Assembly (NCBI GenBank): GCA_964016885.1
Contig: OZ024740.1
Coordinates: forward strand, 50,158,001 to 50,222,000
DNA: 64,000 nt
Source: Eledone cirrhosa
Lineage: Eukaryota
Direction of reading: 5' to 3'
Shown here: in pieces, positions 1 to 14,709 of the stretch
Layout: each line of letters starts with the position of its first letter
Numbering within the stretch: position 1 is the first letter of the stretch
Made by a program: the position numbers and the translations under genes
The notes under the pieces: generated by a model
Told to the model about the DNA's origin: nothing
Seen by the model: only the letters and a program-made list of their open reading frames with translations
Databases searched by the model: none

Positions 1-3000
1 CATGGTTTATAGATAAGAGACAACAGACATGGTCTGTAGATAAGGAACAATACACAGTCTGTAGATAAGGAATAACAGACATTGTCTATAGATAAGGAAC
101 AACAGACATGGTCTGTAGATAAGGAACAAAAGACATGGTCTATAGATAAGGAACAAGACATGGTCTGTAGATAAGGAACAACAGACATGGTCTGTAGGTA
201 AGGAACAACAGACATGGTCTGTAGGTAAGGAACAACAGACATGGTCTATAGATAAGGAACAAGACATGGTCTATAGATAAGGAACAACAGACATGGTCTA
301 TAGATAAGGAATAACAAACATGGTCTGTAGATAAGGAACAACAGACATGGTCTGTAGGTAAGGAACAACAGACATGGTCTATAGATAAGGCACAACAGAT
401 ATGGTCTGTAGGTAAGTAACAACAGACATGGTCTATAGATAAGGCACAACAGACATCGTCTGTAGATAAGGAACAACAAACATGGTCTGTAGATAAGGAA
501 CATCAGACATGGTCTATAGATAAGGAACAACAGACATGGTCTGTAGATAAGGAACAACAGACATGGTCTGTAGGTAAGGAACAACAGACATGGTCTGTAG
601 ATAAGGAACAAAAGACATGGTCTATAGATAAGGAACAAGACATGGTCTGTAGATAAGGAACAACAGACATGGTCTGTAGATAAGGAACAACAGACATGGT
701 CTGTAGATAAGGAACAAAAGACATGGTCTGTAGATAAAGAACAAGACATGGTCTGTAGATAAGGAACAACAGACATGGTCTATAGATAAGGAATAACAGA
801 CATGGTCTGTAGGTAAGGAACAAGACATGGTCTATAGATAAGGAATAACAGACATGGTCTATAGATAAGGAACAACAGACATGGTCTATAGATAAGGAAC
901 AAGACAAGGTCTGTAGATGAGGAACAACAGACATGGTCTGTAGATAAGGAACAACAGACATGGTCTGTAGGTAAGTAACAACAAACATGGTCTATCGATA
1001 AGGAACACAAGACATACTCTGTAGATAAGGAACAACAGACATGGTCTGTAGATAAGGAATAACAGACATGGTCTATAGATAAGGAACAAGACATGGTCTG
1101 TAGATAAGGAACAACAGATATGGTCTGTAGGTAAGGAACAACAGACATGGTCTGTAGGTAAGGAACAACAGACATGGTCTATAGATAAGGCACAACAGAC
1201 ATCGTCTGTAGATAAGGAACAACAAACATGGTCTGTAGATAAGGAACATCAGACATGGTCTATAGATAAGGAACAACAGACATGGTCTGTAGATAAGGAA
1301 CAACAGACATGGTCTGTAGGTAAGGAACAACAGACATGGTCTATAGATAAGGAACAAGACATGGTCTATAGATAAGGAACAACAGACATGGTCTATAGAT
1401 AAGGAATAACAGACATGGTCTGTAGATAAGGAACAACAGACATGGTCTATAGATAAGGAACAACAGACATGGTCTATAGATAAGGCACAACAGATATGGT
1501 CTGTAGGTAAGGAACAACAGACATGGTCTGTAGGTAAGGAACAACAGACATGGTCTGTAGATAAGGAACAACAAACATGGTCTATAGATAAGGAATAACA
1601 GACATGGTCTGTAGATAAGGAACAACAGACATGGTCTGTAGATAAGGAACAACAGACATGGTCTATAGATAAGGAACAACAGACATGGTCTTTAGATACG
1701 GAACAACAGACATGGTCTATAGATAAGGAGCAACAGACATGGTCTGTAGATAAGGAACAAGACATGGTCTGTAGATAAGGAACAACAGACATGGTCTGTA
1801 GATAAGGAACAATAGACAGTCTGTAGATAAGGAACAACAGACGCGGTCTGTAGATAAGCAACACAAGACATGGTCTATAGATAAGGAACACAAGACATAG
1901 TCTGTAGATAAGGAACAATGGACATAGTCTGTAGATAAGGAACAACAGACATGGTCTGAAGATAAGAAACAACAGACAAAGTCTATTGATCAGGAACAGA
2001 CATGGTTTATAGATAAGAAACAACAGACATGGTCTGTAGATAAGGAACAATACACAGTCTGTAGATAAGGAATAACAGACATTGTCTGTAGATAAGGAAC
2101 AAAAGACATGGTCTATAGATAAGGAACAAGACATGGTCTGTAGATAAGGAACAACAGACATGGTCTGTAGGTAAGGAACAACAGACATGGTCTGTAGATA
2201 AGGAACAAAAGACATGGTCTGTAGATAAGGAACAAGACATGGTCTGTAGATAAGGGACAACAGACATGGTCTATAGATAAGGAACAAGACATGGTCTGTA
2301 GATAAGGAACAACAGACATGGTCTGTAGGTAAGGAACAACAGACATGGTCTATAGATAAGGAACAAGACAAGGTCTGTAGATAAGGAACAACAGACATGG
2401 TCTGTAGATAAGGAACAACAGACATGGTCTGTAGTTAAGTAACAACAGACATGGTCTATCGATAAGGAACACAAGACATACTCTGTAGATAAGGAACAAC
2501 AGACATGGTCTGTAGATAAGGAATAACAGACATGGTCTATAGATAAGGAACAAGACATGGTCTGTAGATAAGGAACAACAGACATGGTCTGTGGGTAAGG
2601 AACAACAGATATGGTCTGTAGGTAAGGAACAACAGACATGGTCTGTAGGTAAGGAACAACAGACATGGTCTATAGATAAGGCACAACAGACATCGTCTGT
2701 AGATAAGGAACAACAAACATGGTCTGTAGATAAGGAACATCAGACATGGTCTATAGATAAGGAACAACAGACATGGTCTGTAGATAAGGAACAACAGACA
2801 TGGTCTGTAGGTAAGGAACAACAGACATGGTCTATAGATAAGGAACAAGACATGGTCTATAGATAAGGAACAACAGAAATGGTCTATAGATAAGGAATAA
2901 CAGACATGGTCTGTAGATAAGGAACAACAGACATGGTCTGTAGGTAAGGAACAACAGACATGGTCTATAGATAAGGCACAACAGATATGGTCTGTAGGTA

Positions 3001-6000
3001 AGGAACAACAGACATGGTCTGTAGATAAGGAACAACAGACATGGTCTATAGATAAGGAACAAGATATGGTCTGTAGGTAAGGAACAACAGACATGGTCTG
3101 TAGATAAGGAACAAAAGACATGGTCTATAGATAAGGAACAAGACATGGTCTGTAGATAAGGAACAAGACATGGTCTGTAGATAAGGAACAACAGACATGG
3201 TCTATAGATAAGGAACAACAGACATGGTCTGTAGATAAGGAACAACAGACATGGTCTGTAGATAAGGAACAACAGACATGGTCTGTAGATAAGGAACAAA
3301 AGACATGGTCTGTAGATAAGGAACAAGACATGGTCTGTAGATAAGGAACAACAGACATGGTCTATAGATAAGGAATAACAGACATGGTCTGTAGGTAAGG
3401 AACAACAGACATGGTCTATAGATAAGGAACAAGACATGGTCTGTAGATAAGGAACAACAGACATGGTCTGTAGATAAGGAACAACAGACATGGTCTGTAG
3501 TTAAGTAACAACAGACATGGTCTATCGATAAGGAACACAAGACATACTCTGTAGATAAGGAACAACAGACATGGTCTGTAGATAAGGAATAACAGACATG
3601 GTCTATAGATAAGGAACAAGACATGGTCTGTAGATAAGGAACAACAGACATGGTCTGTAGGTAAGGAACAACAGATATGGTCTGTAGGTAAGGAACAACA
3701 GACATGGTCTGTAGGTAAGGAACAACAGACATGGTCTATAGATAAGGCACAACAGACATCGTCTGTAGATAAGGAACAACAAACATGGTCTGTAGATAAG
3801 GAACATCAGACATGGTCTATAGATAAGGAACAACAGACATGGTCTGTAGATAAGGAACAACAGACATGGTCTGTAGGTAAGGAACAACAGACATGGTCTA
3901 TAGATAAGGAACAAGACATGGTCTATAGATAAGGAACAACAGAAATGGTCTATAGATAAGGAATAACAGACATGGTCTGTAGATAAGGAACAACAGACAT
4001 GGTCTGTAGGTAAGGAACAACAGACATGGTCTATAGATAAGGCACAACAGATATGGTCTGTAGGTAAGGAACAACAGACATGGTCTGTAGATAAGGAACA
4101 ACAGACATGGTCTATAGATAAGGAACAAGATATGGTCTGTAGGTAAGGAACAACAGACATGGTCTGTAGATAAGGAACAAAAGACATGGTCTATAGATAA
4201 GGAACAAGACATGGTCTGTAGATAAGGAACAAGACATGGTCTGTAGATAAGGAACAACAGACATGGTCTATAGATAAGGAACAACAGACATGGTCTGTAG
4301 ATAAGGAACAACAGACATGGTCTGTAGATAAGGAACAACAGACATGGTCTGTAGATAAGGAACAAAAGACATGGTCTGTAGATAAGGAACAAGACATGGT
4401 CTGTAGATAAGGAACAACAGACATGGTCTATAGATAAGGAATAACAGACATGGTCTGTAGGTAAGGAACAACAGACATGGTCTATAGATAAGGAACAAGA
4501 CATGGTCTGTAGATAAGGAACAACAGACATGGTCTGTAGATAAGGAACAACAGACATGGTCTGTAGTTAAGTAACAACAGACATGGTCTATCGATAAGGA
4601 ACACAAGACATACTCTGTAGATAAGGAACAACAGACATGGTCTGTAGATAAGGAATAACAGACATGGTCTATAGATAAGGAACAAGACATGGTCTGTAGA
4701 TAAGGAACAACAGACATGGTCTGTAGGTAAGGAACAACAGATATGGTCTGTAGGTAAGGAACAACAGACATGGTCTGTAGGTAAGGAACAACAGACATGG
4801 TCTATAGATAAGGCACAACAGACATCGTCTGTAGATAAGGAACAACAAACATGGTCTGTAGATAAGGAACATCAGACATGGTCTATAGATAAGGAACAAC
4901 AGACATGGTCTGTAGATAAGGAACAACAGACATGGTCTGTAGGTAAGGAACAACAGACATGGTCTATAGATAAGGAACAAGACATGGTCTATAGATAAGG
5001 AACAACAGAAATGGTCTATAGATAAGGAATAACAGACATGGTCTGTAGATAAGGAACAACAGACATGGTCTGTAGGTAAGGAACAACAGACATGGTCTAT
5101 AGATAAGGCACAACAGATATGGTCTGTAGGTAAGGAACAACAGACATGGTCTGTAGATAAGGAACAACAGACATGGTCTATAGATAAGGAACAAGATATG
5201 GTCTGTAGGTAAGGAACAACAGACATGGTCTGTAGATAAGGAACAAAAGACATGGTCTATAGATAAGGAACAAGACATGGTCTGTAGATAAGGAACAAGA
5301 CATGGTCTGTAGATAAGGAACAACAGACATGGTCTATAGATAAGGAACAACAGACATGGTCTGTAGATAAGGAACAACAGACATGGTCTGTAGATAAGGA
5401 ACAACAGACATGGTCTGTAGATAAGGAACAAAAGACATGGTCTGTAGATAAGGAACAAGACATGGTCTGTAGATAAGGAACAACAGACATGGTCTATAGA
5501 TAAGGAATAACAGACATGGTCTGTAGGTAAGGAACAACAGACATGGTCTATAGATAAGGAACAAGACATGGTCTGTAGATAAGGAACAACAGACATGGTC
5601 TGTAGGTAAGGAACAACAGACATGGTCTATAGATAAGGAACAAGACAGGGTCTATAGATAAGGAATAACAGACATGGTCTATAGATAAGGAACAACAGAC
5701 ATGGTCTATAGATAAGGAACAAGACAAGGTCTATAGATAAGGAACAACAGACATGGTCTATAGATAAGGCACAACAGACATCGTCTGTGGATAAGGAACA
5801 ACAAACATGGTCTGTAGATAAGGAACAAAAGACATGGTCTATAGATAAGGAACATCAGACATGGTGTATAGATAAGGAACAACAGACATGGTCTATATAT
5901 AAGGAACAACAGACATGGTCTGTAGATAAGGAACAACAAACATGGTCTATAGATAAGGAATAACAGACATGGTCTGTAGATAAGGAACAACAGACATGGT

Positions 6001-9000
6001 CGGTAGATAAGGAACAACAGACATGGTCTGTAGATAAGGAACAACAAACATGGTCTATAGATAAGGAATAACAGACATGGTCTGTAGATAAGGAACAACA
6101 AACATGGTCTATAGATAAGGAATAACAGACATGGTCTGTAGATAAGGAACAACAGACATGGTCTGTAGATAAGGAACAACAAACATGGTCTATAGATAAG
6201 GAATAACAGACATGGTCTGTAGATAAGGAACAACAGACATGGTCTGTAGATAAGGAACAACAGACATGGTCTATAGATAAGGAACAACAGACATGGTCTT
6301 TAGATACGGAACAACAGACATGGTCTATAGATAAGGAGCAACAGACATGGTCTGTAGATAAGGAACAAGACATGGTCTGTATATAAGGAACAACAGACAT
6401 AGTCTGTAGATAAGGAACAATAGACAGTCTGTAGATAAGGAACAACAGACGCGGTCTGTAGATAAGCAACACAAGACATGGTCTATAGATAAGGAACACA
6501 AGACATAGTCTGTAGATAAGGAACAATAGACATGGTCTGTAGATAAGGAACAAGACATGGTCTGTAGATAAGGAACAACAGACATGGTCTATAGATAAGG
6601 AATAACAGACATGGTCTGTAGGTAAGGAACAACAGACATGGTCTATAGATAAGGAACAAGACATGGTCTGTAGATAAGGAACAACAGACATGGTCTGTAG
6701 ATAAGGAACAACAGACATGGTCTGTAGTTAAGTAACAACAGACATGGTCTATCGATAAGGAACACAAGACATACTCTGTAGATAAGGAACAACAGACATG
6801 GTCTGTAGATAAGGAATAACAGACATGGTCTATAGATAAGGAACAAGACATGGTCTGTAGATAAGGAACAACAGACATGGTCTGTAGGTAAGGAACAACA
6901 GATATGGTCTGTAGGTAAGGAACAACAGACATGGTCTGTAGGTAAGGAACAACAGACATGGTCTATAGATAAGGCACAACAGACATCGTCTGTAGATAAG
7001 GAACAACAAACATGGTCTGTAGATAAGGAACATCAGACATGGTCTATAGATAAGGAACAACAGACATGGTCTGTAGATAAGGAACAACAGACATGGTCTG
7101 TAGGTAAGGAACAACAGACATGGTCTATAGATAAGGAACAAGACATGGTCTATAGATAAGGAACAACAGAAATGGTCTATAGATAAGGAATAACAGACAT
7201 GGTCTGTAGATAAGGAACAACAGACATGGTCTGTAGGTAAGGAACAACAGACATGGTCTATAGATAAGGCACAACAGATATGGTCTGTAGGTAAGGAACA
7301 ACAGACATGGTCTGTAGATAAGGAACAACAGACATGGTCTATAGATAAGGAACAAGATATGGTCTGTAGGTAAGGAACAACAGACATGGTCTGTAGATAA
7401 GGAACAAAAGACATGGTCTATAGATAAGGAACAAGACATGGTCTGTAGATAAGGAACAAGACATGGTCTGTAGATAAGGAACAACAGACATGGTCTATAG
7501 ATAAGGAACAACAGACATGGTCTGTAGATAAGGAACAACAGACATGGTCTGTAGATAAGGAACAACAGACATGGTCTGTAGATAAGGAACAAAAGACATG
7601 GTCTGTAGATAAGGAACAAGACATGGTCTGTAGATAAGGAACAACAGACATGGTCTATAGATAAGGAATAACAGACATGGTCTGTAGGTAAGGAACAACA
7701 GACATGGTCTATAGATAAGGAACAAGACATGGTCTGTAGATAAGGAACAACAGACATGGTCTGTAGGTAAGGAACAACAGACATGGTCTATAGATAAGGA
7801 ACAAGACAGGGTCTATAGATAAGGAATAACAGACATGGTCTATAGATAAGGAACAACAGACATGGTCTATAGATAAGGAACAAGACAAGGTCTATAGATA
7901 AGGAACAACAGACATGGTCTATAGATAAGGCACAACAGACATCGTCTGTGGATAAGGAACAACAAACATGGTCTGTAGATAAGGAACAAAAGACATGGTC
8001 TATAGATAAGGAACATCAGACATGGTCTATAGATAAGGAACAACAGACATGGTCTATATATAAGGAACAACAGACATGGTCTGTAGATAAGGAACAACAA
8101 ACATGGTCTATAGATAAGGAATAACAGACATGGTCTGTAGATAAGGAACAACAGACATGGTCTGTAGATAAGGAACAACAGACATGGTCTGTAGATAAGG
8201 AACAACAAACATGGTCTATAGATAAGGAATAACAGACATGGTCTGTAGATAAGGAACAACAAACATGGTCTATAGATAAGGAATAACAGACATGGTCTGT
8301 AGATAAGGAACAACAGACATGGTCTGTAGATAAGGAACAACAAACATGGTCTATAGATAAGGAATAACAGACATGGTCTGTAGATAAGGAACAACAGACA
8401 TGGTCTGTAGATAAGGAACAACAGACATGGTCTATAGATAAGGAACAACAGACATGGTCTTTAGATACGGAACAACAGACATGGTCTATAGATAAGGAGC
8501 AACAGACATGGTCTGTAGATAAGGAACAAGACATGGTCTGTATATAAGGAACAACAGACATAGTCTGTAGATAAGGAACAATAGACAGTCTGTAGATAAG
8601 GAACAACAGACGCGGTCTGTAGATAAGCAACACAAGACATGGTCTATAGATAAGGAACACAAGACATAGTCTGTAGATAAGGAACAATAGACATAGTCTG
8701 TAGATAAGGAACAACAGACATGGTCTGTAGATAAGGAACAACAAATATGGTCTGTAGATAAGGAACAACAAATATGGTCTGTAGATAAGGAACAAACATG
8801 GTCTATACATAAGGAACAGACATTGTCTATAGATAAGGAACAACAGACATGGTCTGAAGATAAGAAACAACAGACAAAGTCTATTGATCAGGAACAGACA
8901 TGGTTTATAGATAAGAAACAACAGACATGGTCTGTAGATAAGGAACAACACACAGTCTGTAGATAAGGAATAACAGACATTGTCTATAGATAAGGAACAA

Positions 9001-12000
9001 CAGACATGGTCTGTAGATAAGGAACAAAAGACATGGTCTATAGATAAGGAACAAGACATGGTCTGTAGATAAGGAACAACAGACATGGTCTGTAGGTAAG
9101 GAACAACAGACATGGTCTGTAGATAAGGAACAAAAGACATGGTCTGTAGATAAGGAACAAGACATGGTCTGTAGATAAGGGACAACAGACATGGTCTATA
9201 GATAAGGAACAAGACATGGTCTGTAGATAAGGAACAACAGACATGGTCTGTAGGTAAGGAACAACAGACATGGTCTATAGATAAGGAACAAGACATGGTC
9301 TATAGATAAGGAATAACAGACATGGTCTATAGATAAGGAACAACAGACATGGTCTATAGATAAGGAACAAGACAAGGTCTGTAGATAAGGAACAACAGAC
9401 ATGGTCTGTAGATAAGGAACAACAGACATGGTCTGTAGGTAAGTAACAACAGACATGGTCTATCGATAAGGAACAAGACATGGTCTGTAGATAAGGAACA
9501 ACAGACATGGTCTGTGGGTAAGGAACAACAGATATGGTCTGTAGGTAAGGAACAACAGACATGGTCTGTAAGTAAGGAACAACAGACATGGTCTATAGAT
9601 AAGGCACAACAGACATCGTCTGTAGATAAGGAACAACAAACATGGTCTGTAGATAAGGAACATCAGACATAGTCTATAGATAAGGAACAACAGACATGGT
9701 CTGTAGATAAGGAACAACAGACATGGTCTGTAGGTAAGGAACAACAGACATGGTCTATAGATAAGGAACAAGACATGGTCTATAGATAAGGAACAACAGA
9801 CATGGTCTATAAATAAGGAATAACAGACATGGTCTGTAGATAAGGAACAACAGACATGGTCTGTAGGTAAGGAACAACAGACATGGTCTATAGATAAGGC
9901 ACAACAGATATGGTCTGTAGGTAAGGAACAACAGACATGGTCTGTAGATAAGGAACAACAGACATGGTCTATAGATAAGGAACAAGATATGGTCTGTAGG
10001 TAAGGAACAACAGACATGGTCTGTAGATAAGGAACAAAAGACATGGTCTATAGATAAGGAACAAGACATGGTCTGTAGATAAGGAACAACAGACATGGTC
10101 TGTAGATAAGGAACAACAGACATGGTCTGTAGGTAAGGAACAACAGACATGGTCTATAGATAAGGCACAACAGACATGGTCTGTAGGTAAGGAACAACAG
10201 ACATGGTCTGTAGATAAGGAACAACAGACATGGTCTATAGATAAGGAACAAGACATGGTCTATAGATAAGGAACAACAGACATGGTCTATAGATAAGGAA
10301 TAACAGACATGGTCTGTAGATAAGGAACAACAGACATGGTCTGTAGGTAAGGAACAACAGACATGGTCTATAGATAAGGCACAACAGACATAGTCTGTAG
10401 GTAAGGAACAACAGACATGGTCTGTAGATAAGGAACAACAGACATGGTCTATAGATAAGGAACAAGACATGGTCTGTAGGTAAGGAACAACAGACATGGT
10501 CTGTAGATAAGGAACAACAGACATGGTCTATAGATAAGGAACAAGACAAGGTCTGTAGATAAGGAACAACAGACATGGTCTGTAGATAAGGAACAACAGA
10601 CATGGTCTGTAGGTAAGTAACAACAGACATGGTCTATCGATAAGGAACAAGACATGGTCTGTAGATAAGGAACAACAGACATGGTCTGTGGGTAAGGAAC
10701 AACAGATATGGTCTGTAGGTAAGGAACAACAGACATGGTCTGTAAGTAAGGAACAACAGACATGGTCTATAGATAAGGCACAACAGACATCGTCTGTAGA
10801 TAAGGAACAACAAACATGGTCTGTAGATAAGGAACATCAGACATAGTCTATAGATAAGGAACAACAGACATGGTCTGTAGATAAGGAACAACAGACATGG
10901 TCTGTAGGTAAGGAACAACAGACATGGTCTATAGATAAGGAACAAGACATGGTCTATAGATAAGGAACAACAGACATGGTCTATAAATAAGGAATAACAG
11001 ACATGGTCTGTAGATAAGGAACAACAGACATGGTCTGTAGGTAAGGAACAACAGACATGGTCTATAGATAAGGCACAACAGATATGGTCTGTAGGTAAGG
11101 AACAACAGACATGGTCTGTAGATAAGGAACAACAGACATGGTCTATAGATAAGGAACAAGATATGGTCTGTAGGTAAGGAACAACAGACATGGTCTGTAG
11201 ATAAGGAACAAAAGACATGGTCTATAGATAAGGAACAAGACATGGTCTGTAGATAAGGAACAACAGACATGGTCTGTAGATAAGGAACAACAGACATGGT
11301 CTGTAGGTAAGGAACAACAGACATGGTCTATAGATAAGGCACAACAGACATGGTCTGTAGGTAAGGAACAACAGACATGGTCTGTAGATAAGGAACAACA
11401 GACATGGTCTATAGATAAGGAACAAGACATGGTCTATAGATAAGGAACAACAGACATGGTCTATAGATAAGGAATAACAGACATGGTCTGTAGATAAGGA
11501 ACAACAGACATGGTCTGTAGGTAAGGAACAACAGACATGGTCTATAGATAAGGCACAACAGACATAGTCTGTAGGTAAGGAACAACAGACATGGTCTGTA
11601 GATAAGGAACAACAGACATGGTCTATAGATAAGGAACAAGACATGGTCTGTAGGTAAGGAACAACAGACATGGTCTGTAGATAAGGAACAAAAGACATGG
11701 TCTATAGATAAGGAACAAGACATGGTCTGTAGGTAAGGAACAACAGACATGGTCTGTAGATAAGGAACAAATGACATGGTCTATAGATAAGGAACAAGAC
11801 ATGGTCTGTAGATAAGGAACAACAGACATGGTCTGTAGATAAGGAACAACAGGCATGGTCTGTAGGTAAGGAACAACAGACATGGTCTATAGATAAGTCA
11901 CAACAGACATGGTCTGTAGGTAAGGAACAACAGACATGATCTGTAGATAAGGAACAACAGACATGGTTTATAGATAAGGAACAAGACATGGTCTGTATGT

Positions 12001-12140
12001 AAGGAACAACAGACATGGTCTGTAGATAAGGAACAAAAGACATGGTCTATAGATAAGGAACAAGACATGGTCTGTAGATAAGGAACAACAGACATGGTCT
12101 GTAGATAAGGAACAACAGACATGGTCTGTAGATAAGGAAC
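1..12140. repeat. 27-bp tandem satellite (GACATGGTCT[G/A]TAG[A/G]TAAGGAACAACA, with 25-bp variants) with higher-order blocks
   Basis: Uninterrupted tandem units. Near-identical pseudo-ORFs recur at offsets of 1066 (2537/3603/4669), 2161 (5706/7867) and 1174 (9460/10634). The array runs off the left edge. Confidence 0.98.
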
Positions 12141-12320
12141 AATTGTTTCTACTTTTAGCACAAGGCCAGAAATTAAACTAGTCCATTACTGGTGCTTTAT
12201 TTTATCGACCCCGTAATTAAAGGCAAATTTAACCTCAGCGGGATTTGAATTCATATCATAAAGGGTCGTAACTCTATGCTGCAAAGCATGGCGTCCGATA
12301 CTCTACTGATACTGCCAATC
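12141..12320 (-). mobile_element. tRNA-derived SINE, family 1 (octopus-type)
   Basis: Reverse complement of the family pattern GGCAGTATCGGTAGAG...GAGTTCAAATCCCGCCGAGGTTAACTTTGCCTTT...GGGGTCGATAAAATAAAGTACCAGTAATG...GGCCTTGTGC...GTAGAAACAATT, with A- and B-box-like motifs. Confidence 0.85.
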
Positions 12321-12394
12321 TACCGCGCTATGGTCTTCAGATAATGTGCTTTAGATAGGAATGTTATAAAACTATATAAAGTAACTGAAGATAC

Positions 12395-12710
12395 ATATAT
12401 ACCATATGTTGTTGAACTTGCCTCAGTTCTGACGACGGTTCTAGTTGTTCGCAGAACGGAACAGCCTGCTCGTGAAGTGAACATGAAAGTGGCTGAGCAT
12501 TTGACGGACACGTGCACTCTTAACGTACTACAAAGCGTGTCGCATTATGGGACAAGGCTGGTCCTTTGAATCACAGAACTAACTTTTGCCAGTTGAGTGG
12601 ACTGGAGCAATGTGAAATAAAGTATCTTTATCAGGGACACATGGCACCACCAGGAATCGACTTCACAACCTAGCTCACGTGAGCCGAACACCCTAACCAC
12701 TAAGCACACA
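12395..12710 (-). mobile_element. tRNA-derived SINE, family 2
   Basis: Minus strand reads GCTTAGTGGTTAGGGTGTTCGGCTCAC...GTCGATTCCTGG (A/B boxes), then TTTCACATTGCTCCAGTCCACTCA, which is shared with 17233-17510. Confidence 0.7.
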
Positions 12711-12835
12711 TACACGTGTATGTATGTTTAATATATACCGCATATACTCACATCGGTAGATAAATCACACTCCTATTTTCCATACAGTATTCTTAGATTA
12801 GTATTTAACTCGAAGTTGTTTTTATTAATACTGGA

Positions 12836-12986
12836 TTGGCAGTGTCGGTAGAGGGTCGGATGCCATGCTTTGAGTTCAAATCCCACCGAGGTTAACTTTG
12901 CCTTTCATCCTTACGGGGTCGATAAAAATAAAGTACCAGTAATGCACTGGGTAATTGCTGGCCTTGTGCCAAAAGTAGAAACAATT
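12836..12986 (+). mobile_element. SINE family 1 copy (internally deleted)
   Basis: GGCAGTGTCGGTAGAGGGTCGGA...GAGTTCAAATCCCACCGAGG...GTAGAAACAATT. Confidence 0.85.
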
Positions 12987-13384
12987 AATACTGCTTATAT
13001 ATGCTTAAATGAAATTCCCACCAAAATATTCAGGAATAAACATTATATTTCCCGTTATGTTTAATAAAACTACATATAAACAAATCCTTTGATAGTTATT
13101 TACAACTTAAGCCCATATTAATGAACTCTTAATTCTCAATAGTTAATAATTCTATTTTATCAATTTAATCTCATGCAACATATCAATTTAATTTACTCAC
13201 ATGCAACAAATTTAAATTCATAGAATAACACATTCCATCACATGCCATATCAACATAAGTAATATACTTCTGTTACCATCTCCGTATTTTAATTATATCA
13301 AATACAATTTCTCGTGTAAAATACGTATCTGGAAACCTATTAAGAGGAACCAATTATTTCGGAATATATGATGCAATAATAATG

Positions 13385-13547
13385 ATTTCTACAAAAGACA
13401 CAAGGCCAGCAATTTGGGGAGAGGGGAAAGTCGATTATATCGACACCAGTGCATTACTGGTGCATTTATTTTATCGACCCCGTAAGAATGAAAGCAAAGT
13501 TAAGCTCGGCGGGATTTGAACTCAGAACGTAAAGGGCCGTAACTAAT
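13385..13547 (-). mobile_element. SINE family 1 copy
   Basis: Matches the other copies in reverse (TTTATCGACCCCGTAAG...GGCGGGATTTGAACTCAG). Confidence 0.8.
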
Positions 13548-13731
13548 GCATGGTAACAATATACAACTGGTTTCTTATTTATCAGTAAGGGATTCAAACA
13601 TATTTTTGTTAAGCATTACAAGAAAGATCAAAAATTCTCACGCCTATGTCAACATTACCTTTCTTCCTTCAAGGGTCGATAAATAAAGTACCAGTCAAAT
13701 ACTGGAATCATTTTTTTCTCCCCTTCCCTTA

Positions 13732-13789
<58 letters not shown>

Positions 13790-13834
13790 TTCTGTCTCTC
13801 TCTCTCTCTCTCTCTGAATCGGCTTGTTAGAAGA

Positions 13835-13866
<32 letters not shown>

Positions 13867-13952
13867 TGAGTGCGTACACCCCCTACACACACACACACAC
13901 ACACGCGCGCGCGCGCCACATATATATATATATATATTATATATATATATAT

Positions 13953-14141
13953 AACGAAGGAAATGTGGTAAGGAACCAGATGGACCACAACGCACCAAAG
14001 TACTCAATATTTAGGGTAGTAGAGTGGGTAATAGGAACAAGTATGACCCCGACGGCAGAGCTCAAGCCGTTTCGACAGCTAATTCAGTCCAGAATTAGCC
14101 GTCGAAACGGCTTGAGCTCTGCCGTCGGGGTCATACTGGTT

Positions 14142-14146
<5 letters not shown>
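13953..14146. mobile_element. Fold-back 'half-hammerhead' element, family H, copy 1 (probable PLE terminal-repeat derivative)
   Basis: Near-perfect 116-bp hairpin at 14031-14146 whose arms carry GAAA-CGGC..GCCG-TC-GGGGTC. Flanked by (TA)n. Homologues at 39808, 49397 and 52956. Confidence 0.8.
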
Positions 14147-14184
<38 letters not shown>

Positions 14185-14709
14185 TATATAAACTATGTAT
14201 TCTTTTTCAAAACAGTTCTATGAGTTTAAAGCAAAAGCAAAGAAAGCTAAAAAGAAATCTAGCTGAGTCGTTATCATAATAACCACTTTATTTGCTCCCA
14301 AAACAAAGCTTCTTGCTGAGGGAAAATATTTATGTAACCACGTGACTAATAACAAGGACTGAATAGGTATTCATGTTATAAGTTCATTTTAATGTTTGAA
14401 GGTGATTGAGTTAAACTATGTGAACATTTATGAAGTCTGGTTAAGATAGTGTTCGTCTTGTGGAGACGCTGTATAGTGGCTTTCCGCCAAGCATTATATC
14501 ACCTGTATTATTATTTCCTGTGATTTCATGTATGTGTTTTTGTTCCAGTCAACAAATACAAATGTAGGCTGGAAGTATGCATTTTCGTCAGCGACTGGAA
14601 GGTATACTACCTTACGGTTTGCATGACTCGCTTTTATACCCATATTGTCATTCAATAAAATGACCCGTGAATTATTGTCGTCTTCGTTTGCCTGACCTTA
14701 CCTATATGG

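Noticed and set aside
7-12161. Cys-rich minus-strand ORFs, and a CRISPR-like appearance
   Set aside because: These are translations of the 27-bp satellite. There are no unique spacers and no cas genes, and the context is eukaryotic.
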